Origin: Pseudogymnoascus verrucosus
Lineage: Eukaryota
Direction: 5' to 3' (one strand)
NCBI GenBank assembly: GCA_001662655.1
Contig: KV460206.1
DNA: 64,000 nt
The translations under genes and the position numbers were made by a program. Each line of letters starts with the position of its first letter. Position 1 is the stretch's first letter. The notes beneath the pieces are model-generated. The model made no database searches and was not told the DNA's origin. It saw only the letters and a list, made by a program, of their open reading frames with translations. Positions 13,628 through 27,625 of this stretch are shown one piece after another.

Positions 13628-14250
13628 TGAGGAAATGTCGTGGATGAAGCACCAGCTTTGAGAACGTGGAAGGCCCGTTACGAGCAGGCCATGAAGACTT
13701 TCAACAAACCGCAATAGTGGTGCTTAATAGCTGTGCCCCAATATCATCCAAATCATTAAATCCAAGCCTGCTTATGAATTGTTTGTCGTGGGGTTTATTG
13801 TTAGATGTTGACGTTCCCAAGTGTCACTTGAGGCTTATCGAGAAGTAAACAAACCCCATTAAAACGCGGTTGCCGTGCAGGGGTCTCACGTGATGCAGTG
13901 CCTTTAGTTCCGCGCTAACATCTCAGGCGCTAAGCGGACCAAGCGCCATGCAAATCACTCTGGTCTTTGTTAACATCTCAGCATACCTCCTCAATTACGC
14001 GCCTTTGTTCAACAAGAGAAGGAAACAGAGGATCGCGTCCATCCTGTCAGCAGAAATTTTGTTGTCCTTGATCCTCACCCGGGATTTAATCTTCGCGCGT
14101 TCCTCATCGAAACTGTAGACGGCATCCTAGTATACCTGCTAACATGATATCGCGGGTCATTGAGCTTCACGAAGAACCCTAATATCCCTTAGTTTAATAC
14201 TAACTGAATGGGTGTAATTTCACGAGCGCAAGACCACAACTATCGTGCTC

Positions 14251-17200
14251 ATGGCAGGATATCCCCCGCCACCCTCCTTTGGGCCAGCCCCAGGGCAGAG
14301 GGGCCAGGCAGTTCCTTTCCAATACTCGACGCCACAGAACACCGAATATGCATACGCCAGACCATCCCAATCGACAAATATGTCAGCGTTTGAACGAAAC
14401 GCTACTACCCTTGCCCCTGGTCTTGAATATAACGCCAGGCCCCCTCCATTCAATCTGATTGCCCGAAATTCAGGAGCGCCTCCTCTCCCAATATATGGCG
14501 GGATAGACCCCAGTGCACTATACCAGATGCCAGTATGGGCTACACAGGTCAACCCCCATGGGGTTCAAAACCCGCTCGAGTCTTCAACGGTGGATGTTGT
14601 TTCTGGGCAAGGACCGTTCGCCTTGCAGCCTGAATCAGCGGCACAAGGTCGCGCTGGACCATCGGCGACTCGCCCGGGGCTACACGCCGCAGAGGAGGGC
14701 GAACTTAGCGAAGGCGAATATAAGGAGAACAGTGTGGAGGGCATTCCTGGACCAGCTCGAGGGGCGACAGGGAGCTATAATGACTATCGAAAGGATCGTG
14801 GACGACCTTCAAATGGAACGTCAAACCAAAGGCAGAGCAGTTTTGAGAAGATGACGCCTGTCCCATTGACCGGTACTTTTCCGCTACTTTTCGTTTGCAT
14901 GCATGTTGCTAAATGATTTTAGATCCATATGGCCGGTCTCGAGATATGCACCGTCAAAGCTCGGATTCATATTCTCCGCCGTCCTCGGGTCCTGCTGCTT
15001 CAGTTATAGCAACAGGCCGGCAGCCAGACTGTATGTATTCCCCTCTGAAAGCTTTATCATCTTCTGATCAAAAATTAGTGCCACTTCAAGATGCAACAGT
15101 AAACTTGGCCCACAGACGAGAAGAAGAGAGACGGATGTTTGCCAAACAGAGAGGGGAATCAATGACAAACCACCAGGAACAAAATACAAAGCAAAGTCTA
15201 GACAACCGCGGTAGCCTCACTGCTACGTCTGCCAACCGTGCAAAATCAGTTCAGGATGCGAGGCGACAAGCACAAAATGCTGTTCTGAATCTCATACCAT
15301 TAAAAGTGCGCTTCCAAAATTTCGTCGACGAAGGAATTGATGAAGAGATCATCAGAAGTGTTTTTGATGACATTGGCATGTCTTCATCTTATTCCTCCAC
15401 TAAGCAACTAAGCGGTGGAATTGGACAAGCGCAACACACAGCTGGCTTTACCCCACAAGCGATTGCAAGTGCTGTGTCCGATTCTATTACTAGTGGCTCT
15501 CCTCAAATTCACTCCAACCTCAAAACAACCACCACCAATACGAATAGCAACAGTCAACAGACCACCAACAACGCTGTTCCAATAACAAACAAAGGTGAAG
15601 AGCGCAAAGATAGGATCGCTCGATTACTAGAAGAGAAAAGTAAGAAGCTATTGAACTTGCCACAGCCCATGTCGCCTGCTACCGCGATCTTGGCCGATAA
15701 TGCTCTGGCAAATAAATCAACAGCTTCCCAATCTACGACTAAGGTGGATAAAGAGAAATTGCTAAAGCAAAAAATGGAGGCTCTCCAGAAATCACGGGAA
15801 GCACGGGCACAAAAAGCTACCGCAAAACAATCCGCTCCGTCTAGTATGGAGTCTGGGGCAACCGCTCCTGGCCAACATCACATCCCTCCATCCCAGATCA
15901 CCCATCTTTCCGCCTCGGTGCCTATCACTTCACCACCTGACGATATTCGAACTTACTCGGCTTCCCCACAATATCCAGACCCCCAAACATCGATGCCTTC
16001 AATTCCAGGCCTTTTTCTTTCCGGTACAACCGGCACCTTACAACCAAACATACATCAGAGCACATCGATTATTCAAAATACCAATCTCCGTAAACGTCCT
16101 GTCGCGTCCGACTTCGATTCTAATGCCCCCACTAATACAACGTACAAACGTCCATTCGGCCACAACAGACATGATCAACGTTTGGTGATCGATGTCAGCG
16201 AGGAAGAATCTGACAACGAGTCCGCCGAAATGGAGATAGATGATCAAGTAGCTGATATATTGGCGCGGGACATTCAGGTAGCAAATCCATTAAGACCAGG
16301 CTTGCGGGATCTCCCTCCGCTTTCGGATTTCCCTCCTAAGAAATCATTCGCTGCTCCATCATCAACCCTCAGCACCCCGCCGAGCCATCAGGCTCCACAA
16401 CGAACTTCTACCCGCCCTGAAGATCTCAAAAAGAAGGAATTTGAAATTCAGGAGATGAGAAGAAAGATTGCCGAAGCCGAACAACGGAAGAAAGCAAAGC
16501 TCGTTGCAAGTGGATCACAAACCCCTATGAATAAAACATCTACGCCAATCGAAGATAGATCAGCAAAGGATGCGAGTATATCAAACAAGATCCATACTTC
16601 GATTCATATCGAGCGTCTCATTGATGATGCTAGTCGGAAAATAGAGGAAGAGCAAGAAAAACTTGCACGGGCTCAGGAACTCGAAGAGCACAGTGCCAAA
16701 GATCTCAAGCAAAGAGAGTCGGAGCAAAGGCGCCAGCGTCGAGCTAGGATAGCTGCCGATCTTCCTGTTGTTGACGCAGAGGTCCAGGAATCACAGAGGA
16801 GACTTGCGGGTTTGAGAGAAGAAATGGAAAATTTAGAGCTTGCTGTTCAGAAACGATTGGAAGAAAAGCGCCGACTTGCCGAAGAAATGGAGAAACTGGG
16901 CCACGAGGTTGACGATCAACTCGAAGCCCAAAAAGACCACTTGATAAGCTTAACTGGTGATATAGGTATGGGGCAAGAAGGTATGTCTTCAATTTTTATT
17001 CCGTTGCAGTTTATGTCGACATTATTACTCTCCTTTCCACTCAAAAAAGATCTACCAGCTCATTCAATAGGTGATTCACAAGTGCTTCCAGAGCCGGTCG
17101 ACGCAGCCTCCTTTCCAGTTGATACCAACCCGGAAGCTGTGGCAGCTCAAGAAGATATTTCAATGTCGGATTATCAGCCAAGCTCTGAATCGCCAGCTTC

Positions 17201-18520
17201 CCAGGAGCGGACGACAACTGAAGGCCTGGCCTCCAAAGAGCCAAGTCTTCCGCCCGCCGATGAAGAGTCATCTGGCAGCCAACCTCAACTACGTGATTCT
17301 ATAGGCGAGGAATTATTACCACCGCCCAATTTACCAGATGGCCAGTCCCCTGAAGCCATTATGGCAGGTCTGCCTATTAAGCCTAGCTCTGAGCAAGATG
17401 CTGCCAATGCGGCTGACACCAATATCATGGAACCCCAGGCTTCACAGTTCAGCCTTCAAGCTCAAGATCAATTACGAACACCTCCGATGGACTTGAATAT
17501 TGACGATACCCGTCCGCCCAGTCAACAAGATACAGAAGACGAGGTCGACATGGAAGAAAGCATTGCAGATGACGCAGAATCTACGCAATCCAAGGATATG
17601 GAAATCGATGAACCCTATCAGCCTGACCACGATTCAATTACTGATACCCAAGGCCAAAATACCCCGGTGCCTGAATCACTGGGCTTGGAGTCAAACCTTG
17701 CTAGCACCGCCGATGGCGATTCTGATACCTACGAACCTCCAGAGGCCACTCCTCCGTTAAGCACTGAGCTTATTGCTGCTGATTCTCCCCCATTTAGCCC
17801 ACAATCTCCTGAATCGACCGAGGATACTCATAGTACTGACCAAGAGATGTCCTTAGCGCCAATTGATGGCTCAACTGAACCTACAGAACCAGTAGGGGCA
17901 CAGCTATCCCAAATATCAAATGATGAAGTAGAAGTTTTCCTGCAAAACGTCGGGTAACTTGCACTGACGCTATCACAGGATAAAACCGAAAAAGCTCCGG
18001 CACAGAAGTCTTTTTTCACACCCTACGAGAGCCCTTTAAAGCGATTTAAAGCGTACCGTTTCCACCCCGAATTCACCAAGCAAGTCCCTGGCGGCTACAA
18101 GTCATTAACTTACAGTAACAACATTGATGATAGCAAAGAGCTTTGTCGGTTCGAGCTGGCAGGTGGTGTTTGTAACGACGTGTCATGCGAGTTCCAACAT
18201 TTTCGAGATATTGTCCTTCCTGGTGCGTGGGTCGATGTCTCCGCCGTCCAAGGTCCCCCTTTTGCTTCGAGTTGCTCGTTTGACTAACTCTATGCGCTGC
18301 TGACATAGATGAGTTAATTCTGGTATCGCTTGGTGACAGCTCAGGCTACAAGGAAGAAGACAAGACGAGATTTATCAAAGGTTTGAAGGAAGTGCTTCAA
18401 GACCTGCGTATGTCCAAGATTCGCGATTTCCAGGTCATTGCCGCCAAGATTTGCACATTCCGACAAAACATGTTCGAAGACAGCTCCAAGGTCTTGCTGC
18501 TTGACAGTCCAGCCATCTAA
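14251..18520 (+). CDS. Red1/ZFC3H1-like zf-C3H1 protein (MTREC/NURS scaffold-like); introns approx. 14873-14922, 15031-15090, 16981-17070, 17954-17978, 18223-18308
   Basis: Long low-complexity and coiled-coil protein. The spliced C-terminus FFTPYESPLKRFKAYRFHP...LCRFELAGGVCNDVSCEFQHF is the zf-C3H1 region known from Red1-type proteins. Stop TAA at 18518-18520. Exact intron limits are partly inferred. Confidence 0.75.
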
Positions 18521-19151
18521 CGCAGGGCATCATACTCACACAGGGCGGCCATTCAATGCGTACAGACTACTGGCGAGGCTTTCGCCGCGCCAGATGTCTT
18601 TGATTCTAGCTCTTTAGAGCACGACGACCCAAGCTTCATACATTCCGTAACTTTCCAAAGTTCCCAATTTTCCTTTCTCTTTCAACAGACACATAAGCCA
18701 ATTCTCGGTGGCATTTGCATGGCGGCGTTCACATAAACATTGCATTTGGTACACGGCTTGCTCTATACATGATATCCAACGGCGCGCGAGAGAAAGAGGA
18801 GGACGATGAAGCCTTGTAAATGTATTGTTGTACAGTACATAAGTGGAATACCATAGTTCCGATCGGGACGATCCATAGGCTAGGCAGTAATAAAAATGAT
18901 CCATTCAATACCATACTTCTCCCATGGTAAAAGTTTCCCTCTGCCTTTATTAGTTGTTAATAACGTGGTGTTGAATTTCATAACTTTCTTCGTCATCTAC
19001 TAGGCCTTGCTGAGTGAGAAGTCTGAAGTAGCTTCTTGGCGTTAAAGCTTTAGAGGGGTCCAACTGCGGGTGTCTGACGTCAAAGCACGACCAGTACACC
19101 CCCGCCCTCAACAATTGTCAATAGATGCACGTTAATTAATCTGCATTGACA

Positions 19152-22100
19152 ATGAAGCAGCGATTTTCTTCCCTAGATGTGAAGGCAAGTTTGCACTGTC
19201 GCTCTAATAGGCCCTTGCTAATGGTTGCGCAGGTCATCGCCCATGAGCTCTCGAACAGCCTGGTCACTTTGCGTCTTGCCAATGTCTATGACTTGTCCTC
19301 GGTACGTTTAACACACAGGATACTACAAGAACTACGCTAACAGTTGGCATAGAAAATATTTCTGCTGAGGTTTGCGAAGCCAGATGATAAGAAGCAGATG
19401 ATCATTGATTCCGGCTTCCGATGCCATCTGACGAGCTTCTCGAGAGCAACCGCCGCATCGCCTTCAGTCTTTGTCACGAAGCTACGAAAATTTCTCAAAA
19501 CTCGTCGAGTAACCGCGGTCTCTCAAATTGGAACAGACAGGATAATCGAGTTTCAGTTCAGCGAAGGGCAATACCGACTATACCTAGAATTCTACGCTGG
19601 TGGAAACATCATCCTCACCGATAAAGAGTTGAACATCTTGACGTTGTTGAGAACAGTGCCTCCGGGGGAAGGACAGGAAGAACAGCGTATAGGACTTCAA
19701 TATTCGCTGGAGAACAGGCAAAATTACCTCGGTATCCCGCCTCTGACCAAAGACAGGCTGCAGGCCGCATTACAAAAGGCTGCGGAGCAAAGCGAGAATG
19801 CACCTGCTCAGAAGAAGCAGGGTAAGAAGGGCATTGATTCGCTCAGGAGGGCTCTGGCAGTCTCTATAACAGAATTTCCACCGCTACTCGTGGACCATGC
19901 CATGAAGGTTACGGATTTCGATCCTACTCTCAAGCCAGCTGACATCGCAAACAACGACACTCTGCTGGACCACCTGTTGCGGTCATTGGCAGAAGCAGAT
20001 CGCGTCGTGAAGGAAATTACGAGTTCAGATGTCGCGACTGGATATATAATTGCAAAGAAACAAGAAAGAAGTGACAAGGTCGCTTCTGGGGATGAGGAGA
20101 CTGAACGACAGGCCCTGCTATATGAAGACTTTCACCCTTTCAAGCCGCGGCAGTTTGAAAATGATCCGGGCTGTACATTTGTACCATTTGAGGGCTTCAA
20201 TAACACGGTTGACGAATTCTTCTCGTCTATAGAAGGACAGAGGCTAGAATCGCGCCTTCATGAGCGAGAGGTGACCGCGAAGAAGAAGCTTCAGGCTGCG
20301 AAAGACGATCAACAAAAGCGACTGGGCGGTCTCCAAGAAATTCAAACTCTAAACGAGCGCAAAGCTGGAGCCATTGAAGCTAACGTGCAGAGAGTTCAAG
20401 AAGCAACTGATGCAGTAAATGGCCTAATCGCACAAGGGATGGATTGGATAGAAATAGGCAAGTTGATCGACATCGAACAGAAGCGACGGAATCCAGTGGC
20501 CAGCATAATCAAATTGCCTCTGAAATTGCATGAGAATACAATCACGCTACTCTTGGATGAGGAAATCTTTGTTGAAGACTCGGATGATGAGGCATACGAA
20601 ACTGGTAGCGATGTCTCTGATAGTGAGGACGAAGCACCCATAAAGCAGGCAGCGAAGAAAGTAGTAGACAAGCGTTTGACTATTGATATCAATCTTGGTG
20701 CCTCCCCGTGGAGCAATGCTCGAGAATACTACGGACAAAGGCGTTCAGCTGCAGAGAAAGAGAAAAAGACACTGGAATCGTCGACTAAAGCTTTGAAGAG
20801 CACATCTCATAAAATCGAGCAGGACTTAAAGAAAGGATTGAAGCAAGAGAAGGCTATCCTGCGCCCGGTGCGAAAACACATGTGGTTTGAGAAATTCACG
20901 TGGTTTATCTCATCCGATGGGTATCTGGTTCTAGGTGGACGAGACGCTCAACAGAACGAGATTCTCTACAAACGATATCTCCGGAAGGGTGACGTATATG
21001 TTCACGCAGACTTGGATGGTGCCACAAGTGTTTTCATTCGAAATCATGAATCGAGAGTTGACGCTCCTATACCACCATCAACGCTATCACAAGCCGGCAT
21101 ACTTGCAGTATCGTCATCTTCTGCCTGGGAATCGAAGGCTGGGATGCCCGCATGGTGGGCCAATGCCGATCAAGTCTCCAAATCCGCGCCGACTGGGGAT
21201 TATTTAAAACCCGGAAGCTTCGAAGTGCGAGGCAAGAAGAACTTTCTGCCTCCCGCCCCCCTGCTTCTGGGATTCGGGGTAATGTTCCATGTAAGCGACG
21301 AAAGTAAGGCAAACCACATGAAGCATCGAGTGCATGGTAGCGGAAGCCCTACCAGTACAAGTGCTAAGGGACCTGAAAGCACTGTGAATCCAACACAGCC
21401 TGGCATTGACGATGAAGATAACCAACGTAATGCGTCGGATGAAGATGATGAAGAAAGCGAAGAAAACAATGGCACATTTACCGCCGAATCCAGGCAAAAC
21501 CCGCTGCAATTCACCGGCAGCCACGGCCCTGACGTGTCACAATCTCAGCAAGGCGTGGACCCAACAACATTGACTAGCCTACAAAACTTATCTGTAGATG
21601 ACGAAAAGGCACCAGCGACCGCCAATGATGACAACCAGACACCCAAAACCCAGCCATCTCCTATAGACGTCGATGATACGAAATCTAAAGCTAGCGCAGA
21701 GTCTTCGTCAGAAGAAGGTGCAGCCACACCGTCGTCGACATCCACGAAGCAAAAAGGCCAGGCCCCACTGCCTCGAGGCAAGCGCAACAAACTTAAGAAG
21801 GCCTCTCAGAAATACAAGCACCAAGACCTAGAAGACAAGCTCGCAGCGCAGGCTCTTACGGGTGCCACCGCAGGTGTCAAGAAGGCAGAGGCAGAAGCCG
21901 AAGCTAAGAGGGCCTTGGAGGCTGAGCGGGAGTTCAATGAACAGCGGCGAAAGGCCCAGCACGAGCGCACGCAGCAAGAGATCGCCAAGCATGAGGAAGC
22001 GCGCAAGGCAATGATGGAAGCTGGCGAGGACATTGTCGATGAAGAGGCCGATGAGGCTGAGAAAGCGGTGTCCCTCGATACGCTAGTCGGAACGCCGCTT

Positions 22101-22466
22101 CCTGGCGATGTCATCCTGGATGTCATTCCTGTGTGTGCACCCTGGACGGCAATGGGGAAGTATAAGTATAAGGTCAAGTTGCAGCCTGGTCCCATGAAAA
22201 AGGGCAAGGCGGTGAAGGAGATCTTGTCGAAGTGGGGTGTGGATTCTCTTGTGAAAGCTTATGTGGATGAAAACAGCAGTGATGTGGAGAAGATGTGGCC
22301 AAGAGAAGTTGAGCTTGTAAAGGGCTTGAAGGCGGAGGAGATTGTGAATGTGATACCTGTAGGAAAGGTGGCCATTATGCTTGGTGGAGGTGCATCTGGG
22401 GCGGCGCGGAAAGGAGGGGGAGCTGGGAAAGGGAAGGGTGGGAGAGGCAGTAAGAAGCAGAAATAA
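19152..22466 (+). CDS. RQC2: Ribosome quality control complex subunit 2 (Rqc2/Tae2/NEMF); introns 19185-19232 (GC-AG) and 19302-19352
   Basis: Spliced N-terminus MKQRFSSLDVKVIAHEL..., NFACT-N, WFEKFTWFISSDGYLVLGGRDAQQNE (NFACT-R) and IPVCAPW..YKYKVKLQPG (NFACT-C). Confidence 0.95.
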
Positions 22467-22586
22467 TTAGAGTATATAAAGACTGCATATATATTGGATA
22501 AAGCTAGATTCGATAATATGCACATATTCAATACTATTCTGCTATTGAACCTATGAATTAATTCCTCCTATAAATACCGTCGAAAA

Positions 22587-22944
22587 CAGTGTTCGGCACA
22601 GATCGTAGATGACCCGACCTGATCCGGATCATGATCCGGATCTATCCTATCCGTCATAATTTTGGCGTATCCGTGAGATCCGAGGATAGATCCGGATCAT
22701 ACGGATATTGCCAAGAATAGCCAAGAATAGCTAAGGCTGCATAATAAACGTATAATTAATAGCTAAGGCTGCATAATAAATGTATAATTAATTCTAGCAA
22801 AGACGCTTTATCTGTATATATTTTAAGCCTCATTTTTTAAGAGATCCGGATCTGATCCGGATATATCCGTTAGATATTAGACGGATCATGATCTGACCCG
22901 TGAGGGCTACGGATCAGATCCGGATCACGATCTGCCGAACACTG
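22587..22944. mobile_element. Non-autonomous hAT-type MITE (358 bp)
   Basis: Perfect 12-bp TIRs CAGTGTTCGGCA / TGCCGAACACTG that extend imperfectly inward. 8-bp TSD GTCGAAAA at 22579-22586 and 22945-22952. Many subterminal GATCCG/CGGATC motifs and an internal 32-bp tandem duplication (22726-22789). Confidence 0.92.
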
Positions 22945-23299
22945 GTCGAAAATAATTAATTATAATAGTTAAATTATTTATATTTTGTAAATTAAACTAA
23001 CGAATAGCTACATTCATATTATTAACCGGATATGTTAACAGGCCTGAATGTTAATAATGCATTTCAAGTGGCATTAAATGAGCAAGTGGGAAAAGATGCG
23101 ACTGCTATAGTCGTCGGCTCGTTGAAGGTAAATGAATGTGAAGTGCTGGTATTTGAGTTACATGGTTCTATACCTAATCGTCGTCCTTCATACTCTACTC
23201 CACAGGAATCAAACGCCATTCTCGACGCCAGCCCATGCGTCATCATGCCCCGCAGTCTCGGATCGCCATCATAAATCAACACGCACCCGCTAACAAGAC

Positions 23300-26200
23300 T
23301 CACTGCTCAAACTCCACCACCCGACTCTTCCCCGACGCCGTGCTCGCGCTCCTCGAGCGCGACGCACTGCTAGTTGGAACCTTCAAGTCATCCATCGACA
23401 CCTCCCCAACACCACCTCCCCTACTACTCCCCGCCTCCGCATCCGCACCTTCTAACAAATCGCGATCCTCAGACCTCACAGACCTCCGATCTGTATACGC
23501 GCTCGGGCTCGGCTTGCTATAGTCCTCGACCTCGTCTTCATCCTCGTCCTCATCACGTTGCAGAGCATTCTTCTCGATATCCTTCTGCGCCTCGTCGACT
23601 CTGCGTCGCACCTCAGCCGCGACTCTCATACCATCCGTCACAATATTGTCTAGCACACCTCGGAGCCCCTTTCCAGGAGGCACCGCACCAGCTGATCCCG
23701 AGCCACCAACACCCGGCACGATGCTAGGGGCGCGCGCAAAGCCCAGGTTGGCGAAGGTGGTTAGGTTCGAGGAGCGTGTGACTACGGCGTCGTTGGCGGA
23801 GTCGAGGGTGTGGAAGGAAGCTGGGAAGGATGACTCGAAGAACTGCTCTAGTAGCTCGTCGGCGAGGACTACCATGCGGAAGGTGGGGAGGGTGATGTGG
23901 AGAGGGTTGGATGGATCGAGGGCTGCGTTCGCGGCCTCGGATTGTTGCTTAGACACTGATCGTTGGGAGCTACGCTTGTTGCCAGGCGTTTTGGGAAGTT
24001 TCTTGCTCATGCCGTTCTCGGGAGGGCTTAAATCGAGGAGGTCCTCCTCTTCGTCGGAGTCGTCCCCTATGCCAAAAGAATCAGGTTGTGGCATATCATC
24101 GTCGTCGGTCTCCTCGGCGACTTCTTGTTGGTTCTGAGGATGATCTGGGTCGGCGTACTCGAAGCACCTCCTGATAAATGCACTTACACTGCTTAGGAAT
24201 CGTTCATTAGATGTTCCGTGAGGGCCCTCTAGCGGAGTTGAGCCATGTGTCCCAGACGGTGTCAATGAGCCTTCCAACCCGCGTCTCGAGAGGAAGAGCA
24301 AAGCTTCTGATATCCTTAGAATCCCTTCTCGGTCGACCTTTCCATCACCGTCGTCATCGTAAAGCTCAAAGAAATATGTGATGCTGCCCATAATATCACG
24401 CGTCCCCTTTATATGTGCAAGGCCCGTAACAACATTCGACAACGTTAGGGCTGAGTTCATATCCACATCCCACCGCCTAAATAATCTCTGCATAAACTCG
24501 TGATCGGCTGGCACAGGGTTTCCTGCACCCCATGGCGAAAGTGAATTCTCCCTACGCCGTATGCTGCCAAAATATGATTGCTCTCTGGGTGTATCCTTCT
24601 CAGGTGGTGTTGGCGCATCCGATACCGCCCATCGACATATCCCGGCAAGGAACTCTCGGAAGCCATCGTAGTCCATCAGGGTTGGACTTGGGCCCAACCC
24701 AACACGGCCCTTCTCGATGCTCTGCCTGTCGCTGAACACCAATTCCGACGTCTTACTCTTCAGCGCCTTGGCGCGTCTCTCTACTTCCTCTTGTATCATC
24801 TGTGCACGCTGTTGTCGCTCATATAAGATGCCGTAAAATCTATCGTATAATGCACCAAGCTCCTCCACGCTTAGGCGCTTACTATCAGGACCGAGATTGC
24901 GAATCGAAGTCCGCTTAGCAAAGTTTTCTATGTTGTTTAGAACGGTGTCCTTGTGCTGCATTCTCTCGTCGGTGATGGTCGTCTGGGTAATCGCCGAGAA
25001 CTCTTTAAACGCAACAACCATAAGCTCCTGGAAGCGAGTGACTGCTCGAAGTTTAGGGTTTTCCGACTTTGGATGTGCCGATTCGTCCAGTGTTGCAAAA
25101 TACGTCTTCAGCACAGAAATAAAGGCTCCATCATCCGTGGCGTCAAGAAGCTCCTCGCCGTTGATTCGTAAAATAGCCAATCCAACCTGAAACAGAACCT
25201 TGGGGCCTTCCAGGAAGAAGACATCAAGGACTCGGAAGGCGAATACCAAAGGCATGGAGTTGATATACAACGATAGAAACCATGGAAGTGAAACAACGGA
25301 AAGCTGTACGTCCGCCTTCACAAGGTGGTCCCAAAGGATTGGCATTGTCTTTTCGACAAGCGATTCGAAGACCCTTTGATCAAGGAGTGTGCCATACATC
25401 GTTGTTGAGTAGTATCCAGGAAGTAACCTGTCACACAGGACCGAAAGTAAGTAAAATGCCTGCGCGTCTGACATATAAATCAGAAGAGCTGCAACCACGA
25501 TGTTCATCGCCTGGCAGTACCCAACCTCCTCGTCGATCCAACTGTAGGCGGTCAGAACTCTTCGTAACCGCTCGATCCCCTGTTCGCTCTGGAATCCAGG
25601 GTATTCTGGTAAGCTTCGATTCAGATCCTTCTCGATCTCGTCGATGGCCAAGGACTCCCTGCCTTCAAACTTTGATAACGTATCCTCAAACAGATTTGGC
25701 GATTGAAGGCGCAGATATAAACTCCCACTTGTCAATTCCCATATTTCTCCCCTTAGCCTATTCGGCAGGCCCACCCTCACAAGTTTATGGAATGTAGGTT
25801 GTCGTATTAATGTGACGTTCCTCCCGTTCTCTCTCAGGTACTCTGCCCACAGGCGCATCTTACTCCTATCCCTCAGTTTCCTCGCATCACCCGGATATTT
25901 GAATTCTGCGTTCATGCCCAGACCTGCATCTGGCGCTGGGTCCTCCTTCTGCGGGTCGGGCCTGAGGAGAAACTCCGAATAACACTCTGCGACCACCTTC
26001 TTCAGCTTTCCCACCTCGCCGATTGCACCCTTGAGCCCCTTCTTTAAACCATCACAAAACCGCTCGCATTGTTGACGACTTCCGGCCAATTGCACTGTAA
26101 TCTTTTGTAGCGAAGGTGAAGCTTTCGAGGAGTCTTTCGAGGCAGCGCTGCCCATCCCATTCCAGGTAGTGATAGCAAGGGCAAACTGTAGTTTGTTAGA

Positions 26201-26678
26201 GTCTATTCTGACAGACGGGTATACACATAATTACCTGGTAGCTCTGGCTATGCAGTCTTTCTACCCTCCGAATCGCGCACAGCGGCAGGGTAAACCCGTT
26301 CCCTCCAGGTCCAGCCCCGTGTGTTTGCCCATTAAACCCCGAGCTTGTGGTTGTGCTCGCCGTCTGCAGGAAACTTGTCGGCTGGGTCGAGAAGCAGAGG
26401 TAGCTTTCGCTCAGATGGAGCTTGCCCGCATAGTGGTATCCGCGATCCCTATCCTTATCTTTCTCGCGCTGTGTAACGTTTGCGGCATACTGGACGGCGG
26501 GGCTGACGGTAAGCTCAGCAGTGATCTCCTGGAGAGGGTTCTCGGAGTCAGGAAGGCGGAATTGGCTGCGGAAGAGAGTAGATTTTGCGGGATTCCGATC
26601 AGAAGACGATAGGTTGAGTGCTTGGGTCGGATCGATGAGGGTCTGCGCGGATTTCACGAGGGAGCTGAGGCTGAACAT
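23300..26678 (-). CDS. GYP2: TBC-domain Rab GTPase-activating protein (Gyp2/Mdr1 type) with GRAM-like N-terminus and EF-hand; intron 26234-26186
   Basis: IEKDLNRSLP and GYCQAMN TBC catalytic motifs, EF-hand YDDDGDGKVDRE. The splice joins ORF 26196-26678 to ORF 23300-26155 in frame. Confidence 0.92.
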
Positions 26679-27625
26679 GGCTCTCCGTTTGAAGCTTGTT
26701 TGTGTGAGAGCGCGCTCGAGTTGTAAAGCGTACTTAGGAGAATGGGGGCTCCAGATGGCGTAGTGGCGCCCTCATGAGTAGGATAACGAAAGATGTGTAT
26801 ACAGAGGAGTAATGTTGTGGAGGTTAGAGCGTTGTAGTAATGTTGATATGGTCGCCTATCGATATCAGCCACGCCGTCGCCGCCTCCGCCGTTTGAGGTT
26901 TCGGTACAGGACGGGGGCTCGGAACATTCATGCCGGGGATGCCACAAAACATAGGCCTCGACTTTAGGTCTAAATCGGTAGGTATGTCTTGATCTTACGT
27001 ACAAAATCTGGCATATTATACATACCTGCAATATACACTCTAGCGATTGGTCTAAACAACGTAAACGGCCACCGAAGAACCCGTGGGAATTGAACAGTTC
27101 CTGACGTGATCCGTTTCACTATATATATGACTGGGTAGCAGCTGAGATCTCACTGCACATTCATTCAACAACATCATCAACCGCGCAGTCAAGAAAAAGA
27201 ATATATCGATGCTGATTAGCATTGACTCGGAGGCTATGTCACGCCACCAGAGTATTCTAGGTTTGGGGTTTCTCTCTGTCTTCTTGTTTGGCTCTCTGGT
27301 TCTCCGGTCCACTCATTCGTTCTATCAGTTCTCCCTTTGATCCTCTGCTCTGCCTTTTCCTCTTTTCTCTCTCCATTATCTCGCCTGTATTCTTACTTTT
27401 TCTCTCTTCTGTTCTTTTGAGGAAGAGTGATATAAATACACATACATGTCGTATCAAGCACAGCCGAGCAGGGATACCCCGCGTTAGTGGCCAGGCGCGC
27501 ACCTGGTGCATGTTGGATGCCCACGTTGTCGCGCAGAGCTGAAACAACGTCAAATTGTCCCTAAGGAACCCGAAGATATCGCCGCGCTCAAATCCCTGGA
27601 TCTATTTCTAGACAAACAATAATCA

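Noticed and set aside
13886..13893. TCACGTGA E-box in the myosin/Red1-like divergent promoter, and TGACGTCA at 19075-19082 before RQC2
   Set aside because: Plausible bHLH and ATF sites, but single 8-mers cannot be supported without conservation data.
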